Shown: positions 1-8,909 of the stretch, piece by piece | How positions within the stretch are numbered: the first letter of the stretch is position 1 | Layout of the letters: each line of letters opens with the position of its first letter | Source: a virus | Taxonomy: Duplodnaviria; Caudoviricetes | Length of the DNA stretch: 25,865 nucleotides | Direction: 5' to 3' (one strand) | IMG/VR virus record: IMGVR_UViG_3300033516_000097 | Coordinates: 1 to 25,865 of that record | Made by a program: the position numbers and the translations under genes | The notes under the pieces: generated by a model | Database searches by the model: none | The model's input: the letters and a program-made list of their open reading frames with translations, nothing else | What the model was told of the DNA's origin: nothing

Positions 1-37
1 ACAACCCACTAGCCTTATACAGCTAGTGGGTTGTTTT
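1..37. terminator. Intrinsic terminator-like hairpin, possibly bidirectional
   Basis: 13-bp perfect inverted repeat ACAACCCACTAGC (1-13) / GCTAGTGGGTTGT (22-34), loop CTTATACA, T-run after it on +; lies just past the stop of the minus-strand 959-aa gene. Confidence 0.75.
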
Positions 38-42
38 AAATG

Positions 43-2922
43 CTAAGATACAAGTATGTAATTGACTGTGATGTCCTCAACCATATTGTATCCGTCAGCT
101 TCAACGGTTAATATTTTATTTAAACTGATACGAGAGTTAGGATCAACAACCTCTAAATACTCTTCGTCTAGTGATGTAAACTTATCTAAACTAATACTCT
201 TAACAAACTCTTTCAATTTGTTATAAAGAATATCAAGTAGTTGTGTTTTAGTTATTACATTGTTGTTATATAAGTATTTATCTGTTTCATTAATAACAGT
301 GTATGAGATATTTTCTCTAGCGTTAATGTCATTATAGATTCTCTCGGTAACATGCACACTAAAAATGAATGATTGCATTGATGTAAGATTAACAACCCTA
401 CTAGGTGTTTTAACATTAATGTTATTAATTTTCTTAGGTACTGTAACATATGCTACTGTATTTTCTAATAACTCTTTCTGAATTACAGTTGAATTAGTTA
501 CAACGTTTTCAGTAATGTAACTCCTAATGTAATTTCTATAGTCTTTAAGGGTTGTCTTAGAAGCTAAAACTGCCTTGTAGTCTATAAATAACAAATTAAT
601 ATATCTTTGTAATTCTAATTCATTAATAGGAATTGGTTTATTATCAGTTCCTATTTTAATGTCTCCTATTTTATATTCAATAATAGGAGATCCTTCATCA
701 TCTAAAACTATTTCATTTACTATGTGGGCTATGGTATTATCAGCATTATAAACTGTAGAAGTATATCTTAGTGGAACGTCTTCATCATAAGTTTGATAGT
801 CGTAAGAGCCAGTGCTTGTATGAACTTGAGAGTATAAGTATTCAAGGTAATAACCAAAAATAATGTTAATTTCCTCTAGTGTGACTGCTGACTTACTAAC
901 AGCCAAATAACTATTATAGATGTAATTATCTATAGTAGAAGGTACATAGTTGGGTGGTATAATGTTGCTAATATAGATAATTTCTAGCTTACTGGTTAAG
1001 TCAAGAAATACACTAGAGACTATATTGTTATTATCTCTAAAATTAGTAATATTGATTTTATTATCTTTATCAATATACAGGTTACTTTCTAAGTAAAACC
1101 TATATACAGGTTGGTTATTAATATCAGTAAATAACACACCATCTAAATAAAATTTAGAACTATCGTTATCTGTAAATATCAAATAAGGTGTGATATTTGT
1201 CTGACTAACGTTATCTACATATTTTTTTAAGTTAGCTAAAAGGTCTATTGTAAAACCAGTACTAGTTCTAAATATGTTTGTATTTGTTGTGTTTATACCA
1301 ACCCTAGCTGTCGCATTAAACTCTTTAAAGTTAATGGAAGTAATGCTAGGAGATGATAAATCATAAGCTCTTAGCTTTGTTTCGTCTTCTGATGTATCAA
1401 GTATGTAGTGATACAGTGTAGATATATATGTATTGTTATTTATCTCATTAGTAAGAGCTGCATCTGTTAGAACACTTAAAGCGTCTGTTTCTAACTTTGA
1501 TAGTATATCTATACCACCACCAGAGAGTTTAAATAAAGTTGTCTCAGGTATAATAGTAATATAGTTACCAACGTAAGTAACACCACTACCATTCTCTCTT
1601 AAATAAGCCACACTAGATCTATACTCAATTAGATCTAAGTTAATCTTAGTGATAGGGTATCTTGTAGTAGCGTTTGGAATAGTTAACTCTAGTAGGAAAA
1701 CCCTATTAGTTATTATGTCAACATTTTTAATAAGCTTAAAGTTATTTTGTTCACTTAAAAACTCTAATTGCTTATTAGTAATAGGAAGTTGTCTATCACC
1801 AATACTGTTATTAATAACACTTGTTTTTAAATCATTAAACTCTATACCATTTTTACCAGCTATAATCTGATCTTGTAAATAAATCACCTTAGTGATAAGT
1901 TGCAAAGCTTCAGTGTAATTGTCTAATTCAGTCTCAGGGAAAATAGGGTTATACTCACTAATAAAGTCAGCTATTTTATAGTCACTAAAATTAATATTAA
2001 TGTTACCAATAGTTGTATAAATCAAAAATTTAACTTTACTTCCTAGCATATTATTATTAATATATACTGGAGGTATGTAGTACTCTATTGAGCTTGTGTT
2101 TGGTAATACTTTAATGATTGTAGTAGGTGTGTTAATATCATAGACTTCATCCGTATGAGTGACTAGCATTTCTTTCCACACACTATCTAAATAGTAAAAA
2201 GCTCTAAAGTAATAAAATTGTCTTTTAGGATTAAAGGTAACTGTATTTTTAAAAAGTTTAGATTTCTCAATAGGTAGCTCTAGTGGCTCAATATCAACCT
2301 CTGGCATTTTAATATCAAAATTAATATAAGTCTCTTCTTGGTTAACCTTAAGTATATTAAAGTTAATATAGTTAGTTTCAACTGGAAAAATATTATTAAA
2401 AGTCTGATTTTCAAACTTTATATCTATGATACCGTTTTCAGTTTTTCTAATAATAATAGCACTCATCAAAGTGAATATGTATTTATCCACTGTTATTTTT
2501 AAGTGTCTTGGTAACTTTAGAACATACTCTTTTTGTATGGGATCGTAAACTGCTTTATTAGTAAAATCGTTAAAAAGAATATTAAACTTAACATAACCAA
2601 ATGCTGGTTCAGTGAATCTTCCAAGATAGTCTCTGTCAGACATATGTAAATATAAGTCATTTTCAGTGTTAGCTAACCTTGGATATAGTTTTCTAGTTAA
2701 TAGCGTATATTCTTGAATAGCAAAAGCTGTATTTAAACAACTAGTTTCTAATAAATACGTAAAAGGATTAGACGGCTCAACTATTTCTACTTTACCATCT
2801 AACATATCAGTTAACCTATTAAGTGTTAAATTGATAATGCCGTTTGGGTGATACTTGTATAAATCTAAATTAGCAAGTTCTTTTTCTATATTAATACTAA
2901 CGGTAGGGGTGATATTAGGCAT
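43..2922 (-). CDS. Large virion structural protein, putative baseplate wedge (phiKZ gp87-like)
   Basis: 959-aa ORF with AAGGAAAA RBS. Segment GKNGIEFNDLKTSVINNS...PIT resembles the baseplate J / T4 gp6 motif. Size and position recall phiKZ gp87. Product is an inference. Confidence 0.65.
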   Translation of the reverse strand: MPNITPTVSINIEKELANLDLYKYHPNGIINLTLNRLTDMLDGKVEIVEPSNPFTYLLETSCLNTAFAIQEYTLLTRKLYPRLANTENDLYLHMSDRDYLGRFTEPAFGYVKFNILFNDFTNKAVYDPIQKEYVLKLPRHLKITVDKYIFTLMSAIIIRKTENGIIDIKFENQTFNNIFPVETNYINFNILKVNQEETYINFDIKMPEVDIEPLELPIEKSKLFKNTVTFNPKRQFYYFRAFYYLDSVWKEMLVTHTDEVYDINTPTTIIKVLPNTSSIEYYIPPVYINNNMLGSKVKFLIYTTIGNININFSDYKIADFISEYNPIFPETELDNYTEALQLITKVIYLQDQIIAGKNGIEFNDLKTSVINNSIGDRQLPITNKQLEFLSEQNNFKLIKNVDIITNRVFLLELTIPNATTRYPITKINLDLIEYRSSVAYLRENGSGVTYVGNYITIIPETTLFKLSGGGIDILSKLETDALSVLTDAALTNEINNNTYISTLYHYILDTSEDETKLRAYDLSSPSITSINFKEFNATARVGINTTNTNIFRTSTGFTIDLLANLKKYVDNVSQTNITPYLIFTDNDSSKFYLDGVLFTDINNQPVYRFYLESNLYIDKDNKINITNFRDNNNIVSSVFLDLTSKLEIIYISNIIPPNYVPSTIDNYIYNSYLAVSKSAVTLEEINIIFGYYLEYLYSQVHTSTGSYDYQTYDEDVPLRYTSTVYNADNTIAHIVNEIVLDDEGSPIIEYKIGDIKIGTDNKPIPINELELQRYINLLFIDYKAVLASKTTLKDYRNYIRSYITENVVTNSTVIQKELLENTVAYVTVPKKINNINVKTPSRVVNLTSMQSFIFSVHVTERIYNDINARENISYTVINETDKYLYNNNVITKTQLLDILYNKLKEFVKSISLDKFTSLDEEYLEVVDPNSRISLNKILTVEADGYNMVEDITVNYILVS

Positions 2923-2931
2923 AACTTTTCC

Positions 2932-4257
2932 TTAAATTTTAGTGAAGGCGTCTTGAACTTTATCGACGGCACCAGTGACAGTACTAACCGCATTGTTTAT
3001 TTTTGTAGCTGCAGCTCCAGCAGCATTAGCTAAACCACTAGCAGCAGATTTAGCTTGATTAAACAAATCACTACCGCTGTTAATCCCATTACTTTCAGCG
3101 TTATTTTTAACATTGTCTTGATTGTTTTTTCCAAATCTCTTTTCATCCACCCACCATTCTAATTCGTTAGTTATCATATTAATATAAGGGTGCATGTGAT
3201 AGTTAGGGTTAAAAAAACTATTGTTACCAATATCAGAGTCCATTGCTGAAGATAATAAGTATGGAACTTTAACGTAACTACAGCCAGGCACTTTGTAAAC
3301 AATAGTCCCGTCTTCTCTTGCTTTATCTGAGTCACTGCCACCATCACTCATATCATGTTTTAACAAATTCTTTAAATCAGCATTAAAGATAGCAGATGTT
3401 TGATTAAATTCTAATTTAAGTATGTCTTCAAAAGCAGTAAATCCTAGACTTCTAAATCTAATGTTAATCTCACTATTTCTAGTATTAAAAGGTGTGTCTA
3501 AGTTATAATCAAAGAGATTGCCTGTTGGTACATTAACGGGAAATGAAGCACCTGTGGCTGCTATAAATGTAACATATCTCTTTTGTTGATCAAGAACAAG
3601 TCTATAGATACGAGTATTGTAATCAATCTCGTTTTCTGTTATCATGTCTAAGTATGGGTTAAGAATTCCTTCAAATACCAGAGTTTGATATTTAATCCAG
3701 ATATAGAAAAAGTAAATAAGGGGATTTCCTTTGGTATTTTTAAAAGTTACATCAATATCAAAAGCTTCAAAATGGTTAGTTACACCATCAACTATACTAT
3801 GTTCTTGTCCGTATAATCCAGAAGGGCTAGTATACACAGGAACAGATAAATCAGGCCAACCTGAAACAGATACAATGTTATTTGTTAAAATAGGTATAAA
3901 CGCAGACTCATTATTAACCAAAGGAGACTTTAGTCCACCTACGGCACCAAGTCTTGGGTCTAACATCATACGAGTATATCTTTGATAGCTTAAATCATTA
4001 TCAGTTAATAGGTTATAAAAACCTCTGTAGTTTGTTAGATTGAACTGCGTCATGTTCAATTGTGGTCGTGTGAAAAATGTAAACCCAAAACTATCCTTAG
4101 CTCTTGGTACAGCGCCCCCAGTTTGTCTAGCATTAATCCCATAAAGGTTGTTGAAAATTGCCTTCTGAACAGAACCTATCGGTAACCCTTCAAGTAGTTG
4201 ATCAACTGAGGCGTTAATAACAACTCCTGATCCATCTTGTGTAACTTGCTCTGCCAT
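2932..4257 (-). CDS. Virion structural protein with tail-tube-like fold (phiKZ gp88-like, baseplate/tube initiator candidate)
   Basis: 441-aa ORF with AAGGA RBS. The pattern FDIDVTF...FFYIW...DYNTRIYRLVLD...FPVNVP...INIRF resembles T4 gp19/gp54-type tube folds. Ala-rich C-terminal tail. Confidence 0.6.
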   Translation of the reverse strand: MAEQVTQDGSGVVINASVDQLLEGLPIGSVQKAIFNNLYGINARQTGGAVPRAKDSFGFTFFTRPQLNMTQFNLTNYRGFYNLLTDNDLSYQRYTRMMLDPRLGAVGGLKSPLVNNESAFIPILTNNIVSVSGWPDLSVPVYTSPSGLYGQEHSIVDGVTNHFEAFDIDVTFKNTKGNPLIYFFYIWIKYQTLVFEGILNPYLDMITENEIDYNTRIYRLVLDQQKRYVTFIAATGASFPVNVPTGNLFDYNLDTPFNTRNSEINIRFRSLGFTAFEDILKLEFNQTSAIFNADLKNLLKHDMSDGGSDSDKAREDGTIVYKVPGCSYVKVPYLLSSAMDSDIGNNSFFNPNYHMHPYINMITNELEWWVDEKRFGKNNQDNVKNNAESNGINSGSDLFNQAKSAASGLANAAGAAATKINNAVSTVTGAVDKVQDAFTKI

Positions 4258-4274
4258 AAAAAATCCTTTACAAA

Positions 4275-4292
4275 ATAGTGTGATGTATCACA
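4275..4292. promoter_or_regulatory. Divergent promoter region with TGTGAT-GT-ATCACA palindrome
   Basis: 62-nt gap between divergent genes. Palindrome at 4279-4292 overlaps an ATnnTnTGA motif (4275-4283) that recurs before other structural genes. Confidence 0.45.
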
Positions 4293-4319
4293 TTCAACTT
4301 ATTACTAAAGGAATTTAAA

Positions 4320-5480
4320 ATGGCTATCAGGACTGAACCAGGTGCTTTAGAAATCATTAGAAACACAGTAGTTTCATATAAGGGTACTGTTGGCGAACCT
4401 ATGGATATTGCTTCAGTTGCTAAGATAGCTAGGGTAGAACCTATTTGTGTTTTAGCAAGTTCTCTTACAGGAACTAAAGAACTTTATAACATTTTACATG
4501 GTCTGCTTAATATTTATGCAGCATACTATCTTCAAGCTATCAGTATTTTATCAGCTCAATTAACTGATGTTCGTATCCTGAAGATTCTAGATAAGACTAA
4601 TCCTGACAGAGATATTAAGACACTTCTTGCTTCAGGTTACTTAGGTTACGAGAGTTATAGTGAGCCAGTTAAAGGCAATATTAAAACACTGTCTCTTCAA
4701 GGTTGTGATTATAAGCTGCCACTCCTTAATACTGATAAACAAACAGCTTATGCTTCAGAATCTATCTTTGATGAAGATGAGGGTTCTGTTCTATCTAACT
4801 CTATTAATAAACTCGATACCTTTGAGAAACTAGGTGTTGCTGTTGGTAAAGTCATTGATGTGAAATTTAAAGTTAAGCAAGATGATGCTAAGATGGCTGA
4901 TGAGTTTTCTATTCCAGTTGTGGTTAAATTAGACACAGTGATCGTTCCATCAGACGTTGTTAACAGCATTACGACTTCTAATACAGATGAGATTACATTA
5001 GGTTCTAGATTTAGAGATGCTATTGATGGAAGAATCTCTTTCATTAAAGATTTTCTTCTTGCTAGTGACTTGATTAAAGCTCAAAAGAAAACAATGATCA
5101 AAGACCCAACTGGGTACTACAATCAACTACTTAAGCGTGTTAACAACTCTAGAATGTATAGTGCTATCAGTGGTAACATCTCTCTAGCTGGTATCTCTGC
5201 TATCATTGTGATGACAGAAGAAGAAGAAAACGAGATTCAAAAGAAACTAGGTGGTAAACTCACTAACAGTAAAATCAGTGATATTGTGTTTGACAATACT
5301 TCTGCAATGATGCTTGTAGTTGTCGACCGTGAATGGCAAAGAGTCACTCTTATTGTTAAAGGTGGTATGGTCTCTCAACACAGTTTTGATGACTTTAAAA
5401 CAATGTCAGACAAAGGCAATTCTGACAATATTGCGGATATGCTAAAGCTATTAAACTTAGGTCAAGCTCCGGCATTTTAA
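4320..5480 (+). CDS. Major inner head protein (phiKZ gp89-like)
   Basis: 386-aa ORF with AAGGAA RBS. Internal GYE and ASE candidate protease sites next to an acidic patch. Size and context match my recollection of phiKZ gp89. Confidence 0.65.
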   Translation: MAIRTEPGALEIIRNTVVSYKGTVGEPMDIASVAKIARVEPICVLASSLTGTKELYNILHGLLNIYAAYYLQAISILSAQLTDVRILKILDKTNPDRDIKTLLASGYLGYESYSEPVKGNIKTLSLQGCDYKLPLLNTDKQTAYASESIFDEDEGSVLSNSINKLDTFEKLGVAVGKVIDVKFKVKQDDAKMADEFSIPVVVKLDTVIVPSDVVNSITTSNTDEITLGSRFRDAIDGRISFIKDFLLASDLIKAQKKTMIKDPTGYYNQLLKRVNNSRMYSAISGNISLAGISAIIVMTEEEENEIQKKLGGKLTNSKISDIVFDNTSAMMLVVVDREWQRVTLIVKGGMVSQHSFDDFKTMSDKGNSDNIADMLKLLNLGQAPAF

Positions 5481-5486
5481 ATTGAT

Positions 5487-5522
5487 ATCACTACAACAGC
5501 CTTTAACAGCTGTTGTAGTGAT
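5487..5522. terminator. Bidirectional terminator-like hairpin between convergent genes
   Basis: 14-bp inverted repeat ATCACTACAACAGC (5487-5500) / GCTGTTGTAGTGAT (5509-5522), loop CTTTAACA. Confidence 0.75.
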
Positions 5523-5531
5523 GTTGTACTG

Positions 5532-6380
5532 TTACCAAAGAAATAGTTTTATGGGTTTAGAAATAGATTCAAATAGTGATTCGCTTGTTATTGTTTCATC
5601 CTTAATCATGATCCAATATATATCACTTTCAATCTTCATCTTTTCTGTCTTTTTAAAACCAATACTTTCAAAAAGAGCTATACTTGCTTCGTTATTTGGT
5701 TCAATATAAGCAAAACCTCTTTCTTTATCTTTAAAATATTCTTTAATAGCTTTACTTGCCAAACCTTTTTTTCTGTATTTTGGTAGAACATAAATTGCTC
5801 CTGTTCTGTAATAAAGTTTGTTATCCCAGGTTTTAGTTCTTGGGGTATAAAAACCAACAATCTTTCCATGATATGTGATAGGTGTTCTGTGCCATCCAAT
5901 GTCTCTATATATTGTGTCTTTTAAAAACTTATCATTGTTAGCTGCATCTAATATTTCTTTAGGTATTTCTTCGTATATCTTTATTAACTTCTTTAGTTCT
6001 TTAATGTCTTCTTGATCTTTAGGTCTATTGAGTTCTTCTTTTTGTTTCAATAACTCATTTAAAGAATAACAACAGACACCGTTAATTATAGTAGTTTCAA
6101 ATTTTCTAACAAGTCTGTGTAGGTCTATCTTATTATTATATTTTATTACCTCAGTATCTCCAAAATAGCTTAGGTTATATTTCTTTGTTTTTAAAAGTTT
6201 ATCGAAGAGTTCATTAGATATTGCCGCATCAATGTCGCTTGTTGTATCTCTTAAGCCATACATCAATAAAGCACCACCTGCACCTATAATAAATTCTTCT
6301 GGCTGTAGTTTAAAAGTTTTTAGAAATGAGTTATACTCAGCTATTATATCTGACTTTGTTAGTTTAGGTTTATCTTCCAT
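5532..6380 (-). CDS. Fusion of Pol-beta-superfamily nucleotidyltransferase and GNAT acetyltransferase
   Basis: N-half has GAGGALLMYGLRDTTSDID (GG-x-A...R-x-T-x-DID NTase motif) and RPKDQEDI. C-half has IYVLPKYRKKGLAS (GNAT motif A, acetyl-CoA loop) and NNEASIALFESIGF (motif B). Confidence 0.8.
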   Translation of the reverse strand: MEDKPKLTKSDIIAEYNSFLKTFKLQPEEFIIGAGGALLMYGLRDTTSDIDAAISNELFDKLLKTKKYNLSYFGDTEVIKYNNKIDLHRLVRKFETTIINGVCCYSLNELLKQKEELNRPKDQEDIKELKKLIKIYEEIPKEILDAANNDKFLKDTIYRDIGWHRTPITYHGKIVGFYTPRTKTWDNKLYYRTGAIYVLPKYRKKGLASKAIKEYFKDKERGFAYIEPNNEASIALFESIGFKKTEKMKIESDIYWIMIKDETITSESLFESISKPIKLFLW

Positions 6381-6471
6381 ATAGGTATCCTTTGTGGTTC
6401 AATCTATTAACAGTCTCTGAATTTTCTTTGATTAAGATTCACTACGTTCATCTTGTTCTCAAGAATCGGAG

Positions 6472-6561
6472 ATTCTTTTGGTTACATATATACTTCATGT
6501 AATCAACTACTGTTTGTTTTGCATCTAGTGTAGATGTAAGCAGTTGTTGTTAATAGGAGAT
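6472..6561 (+). promoter_or_regulatory. Conserved promoter plus structured 5' leader, copy 1 (likely early)
   Basis: 79/90 nt identical to 22674-22763. Contains TTCTTTT..TTACATATATA..TGTAA, a nested hairpin and an AGGAGA RBS. Confidence 0.8.
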
Positions 6562-6565
6562 CATC

Positions 6566-7195
6566 ATGAACATCAAAGAAATCATCAAACAAATTATAGC
6601 TATTCCTGTGTCTATATCTGCTCTTATCACCAGAAAACACAATGGCATATCTTACAAATTTGCATATGCCACTGTAGAACAATTTACTATGTCATATGCT
6701 TATAACCCGGACTTGGTAAAACAAGTTAGGTTAAATCTCGTTAAACTAGGTGGTGCTTTTGCTTCTAAAGTTACACAAGAAAACATAGACCATCTAGTTA
6801 AAACCATGGAAGAAGCTGGTAAACATAACATGGCCAAAGGAACTAGAATTATTAGTAAGCCAGGGTATCAGATTATCCTAGTGAAAGATTTTCTGAAAGG
6901 GTTTTCAAGGCAAGAGCTAAGAGCGACAAAGTACCACGAGCTAGGTCACTTAGTCAATAGAGACTTAGAGAACGCAACTGGTTTAGTCATAGAGCTAGAA
7001 AAGGAATTAGCTGCAGATGCATATGCAGCTAAGCACACTAGTAAAGAAGCTATGCGTAGCGTGTTACTCAAGATGCGTGAAAACGTCATCGAAAGAATAA
7101 CACCAATCGCCACAGATGAAGAGCTAACTGCTATTCGTGAAGAGTTTTACGGTGAAGATAGCATAATGACCAAACGTCTAAAAGCTTTAAGCTAA
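6566..7195 (+). CDS. HExxH zinc metallopeptidase-like protein
   Basis: 209 aa; YHELGH followed by ELAADAYAA, the E-x-x-A-D signature shared by M48, M56 and M78(ImmA/IrrE)-type peptidases. AGGAGA RBS. Confidence 0.7.
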   Translation: MNIKEIIKQIIAIPVSISALITRKHNGISYKFAYATVEQFTMSYAYNPDLVKQVRLNLVKLGGAFASKVTQENIDHLVKTMEEAGKHNMAKGTRIISKPGYQIILVKDFLKGFSRQELRATKYHELGHLVNRDLENATGLVIELEKELAADAYAAKHTSKEAMRSVLLKMRENVIERITPIATDEELTAIREEFYGEDSIMTKRLKALS

Positions 7196-7205
7196 AGGTT
7201 GTCTT

Positions 7206-7237
7206 AAAGAAACTGGCTACATGCCTTTTTCTTTTTT
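7206..7237 (+). terminator. Weak intrinsic terminator
   Basis: AAAGAAA-CT-GGC-TACAT-GCC-TTTTTCTTTTTT; resembles the terminator at 23084-23120. Confidence 0.5.
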
Positions 7238-7299
7238 GTGTCTAATATATTGCACTCTACCATTTTTTGAATTGTCACCATTATTAAGGAGTTTATTAC

Positions 7300-8217
7300 A
7301 TGTCATTTAACATTGCTGGTTTCATTAAGAAACTATTACCATCTATGGATAAGTCAGATATTGAAGATGATATGCAAATCTCCATGGAGTCTATTCCTAC
7401 GGTCATGGAAGTCTATGCTGATCTAGAACAAGTTCTTAAAGCTTCTTCTTTTAACTCCAAAGAAAACAAAGCTATTCTTAAAGAGTTTTACAAAGAACTC
7501 AAACTCTCTAAAGTGCGTCTCTCACCTAGAGAAAATATTGCCACTGATACACTGACTATCTTTAAGAACATTAAGGCTAATGGTGAGTTTATCTCTAAGG
7601 AAGTCTCAGATGCACTTAACGACGTTATCGTAAGTCAGGCTTTAACAGCAGTTAAGACTAACCTTATCCGTGCTGTTGCGCACTACTATTTCATCACTAA
7701 GTTTGCTCTAGACTTATCTAACTTGTTTTATGTCAATGAAGCAGAAAATGGTAAGATTGAGTTAACAAATGACTTTAAGCTCAATAAGAAAGAGAAAGAA
7801 CTCATTGTCAGTAATGTGTGGATCTATTCTCGCTTACTTAGTGTGTATGGTTCAGATCCATCAGTCTTTATGGATAAACTCAAGAGCATCTCTGAGATCA
7901 CCCTTCCTAAAGACCGTGTAGATGAAGCAGTAGACACCTACAGTTCAGATAACGTTGATCTCTTTAATAACCTACCAGAAGGTTTTATTGGCTCTCCTAT
8001 TTATTCTATTCGTTTAATGTTTGCAACTTGGCAGGCAGATCGTTACAGGGATTTAAAAGATAAAAAACGTTTGTTAGAGCTGCGTTACTTACATCTTAAG
8101 ATGCTTCAAGAAAGCGGCAACTCTGATGCTAACATGGAAAAAGACATCATGTATCTCCAAAAGAGATGTACAGATATCCAATATAAACTAACCAAAATCG
8201 AGGAGTCTGTAGAATGA
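7300..8217 (+). CDS. Head protein (phiKZ gp90-like)
   Basis: 305-aa ORF with AAGGAG RBS, GFIGSPIY motif and C-terminal coiled coil. Size and context recall phiKZ gp90. Confidence 0.6.
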   Translation: MSFNIAGFIKKLLPSMDKSDIEDDMQISMESIPTVMEVYADLEQVLKASSFNSKENKAILKEFYKELKLSKVRLSPRENIATDTLTIFKNIKANGEFISKEVSDALNDVIVSQALTAVKTNLIRAVAHYYFITKFALDLSNLFYVNEAENGKIELTNDFKLNKKEKELIVSNVWIYSRLLSVYGSDPSVFMDKLKSISEITLPKDRVDEAVDTYSSDNVDLFNNLPEGFIGSPIYSIRLMFATWQADRYRDLKDKKRLLELRYLHLKMLQESGNSDANMEKDIMYLQKRCTDIQYKLTKIEESVE

Positions 8218-8798
8218 CTAACGACCTAATCATCGCAACATCAGGTTTTCTGTTGAAGAAGAATCAGTACTTCACTGACTTCACAGAAGATGATGTTACT
8301 TCAGACTTAATCTTTAACAGAGATATTGTAACTTCTACGAATAAAGAGACTATTGACTATTATGTTCGCAACGATGTCTATAGATCTAGAACTATTGATG
8401 AAGCTTACAAAAACTATAATGCTGAACCTAACTTTAATAACTATATTGCTTTAGTTGATATTTTAACAGATATCTTTAAAGAGATGGATTATCTGACTTT
8501 CTTTAAGTTACAAGCGGCTAACACACATCTGTCTAATATAGCTTTTCAGTTTTGTCTAGACGTGACAAGTCGTAAGTTCTTAACGAACTACAGAGACTAT
8601 GGTATTTTACCATTTAGTTTGCGCTTCACTATTGACAATGGATTAACTACCACAAAGGCTTTAGATAACATGAAGGCACTGGAGAAAAACTTCTCTAACA
8701 CTATGTTCAGTAGCTGGGATAGTTTGTTTGTAGACCTTATGGATAATAGAGCAGCTATGACGACTTTCTATAAGTTTATTCTTGCAGACTTCTATTAA
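8214..8798 (+). CDS. Hypothetical protein of the head cluster (phiKZ gp91 position)
   Basis: 194 aa; ATGA overlap with the upstream stop (translational coupling) and GAGGAG RBS. Confidence 0.7.
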   Translation: MTNDLIIATSGFLLKKNQYFTDFTEDDVTSDLIFNRDIVTSTNKETIDYYVRNDVYRSRTIDEAYKNYNAEPNFNNYIALVDILTDIFKEMDYLTFFKLQAANTHLSNIAFQFCLDVTSRKFLTNYRDYGILPFSLRFTIDNGLTTTKALDNMKALEKNFSNTMFSSWDSLFVDLMDNRAAMTTFYKFILADFY

Positions 8799-8810
8799 GG
8801 AGTATTTGAC

Positions 8811-8846
8811 ATGGCAAAACTATTTGCACTTGAAGAAGAAGAATAA
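8811..8846 (+). pseudogene. Stranded duplicate 5' end (MAKLFALEEEE*) of the head gene that now starts at 10302
   Basis: 8811-8840 matches 10302-10331 at 29/30 nt, retains an AAGGAG RBS at 8797-8802 and stops after 11 codons. Confidence 0.8.
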
Positions 8847-8856
8847 TAAAAACCAT

Positions 8857-8909
8857 CTATAGAGAAATCTATAGTCAGAAGACTGTTATCTATAGATAAC
8901 AGTCTTCTG
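8857..8909. terminator. Tandem hairpins: 7-bp GAAA-tetraloop stem and 34-bp perfect palindrome
   Basis: CTATAGA-GAAA-TCTATAG (8857-8874), then CAGAAGACTGTTATCTA/TAGATAACAGTCTTCTG (8876-8909), abutting the stop of the minus-strand endonuclease at a convergent junction. Confidence 0.6.

Noticed and set aside
4279-4292. TGTGA...TCACA as a CRP site
   Set aside because: The spacer is 4 nt, not the 6 nt CRP requires; overlapping divergent phage promoters explain it better.
6461-6477. Small hairpin AAGAATC-GGA-GATTCTT overlapping the promoter core
   Set aside because: A 7-bp AT-rich stem that is absent from the second leader copy; could be chance.
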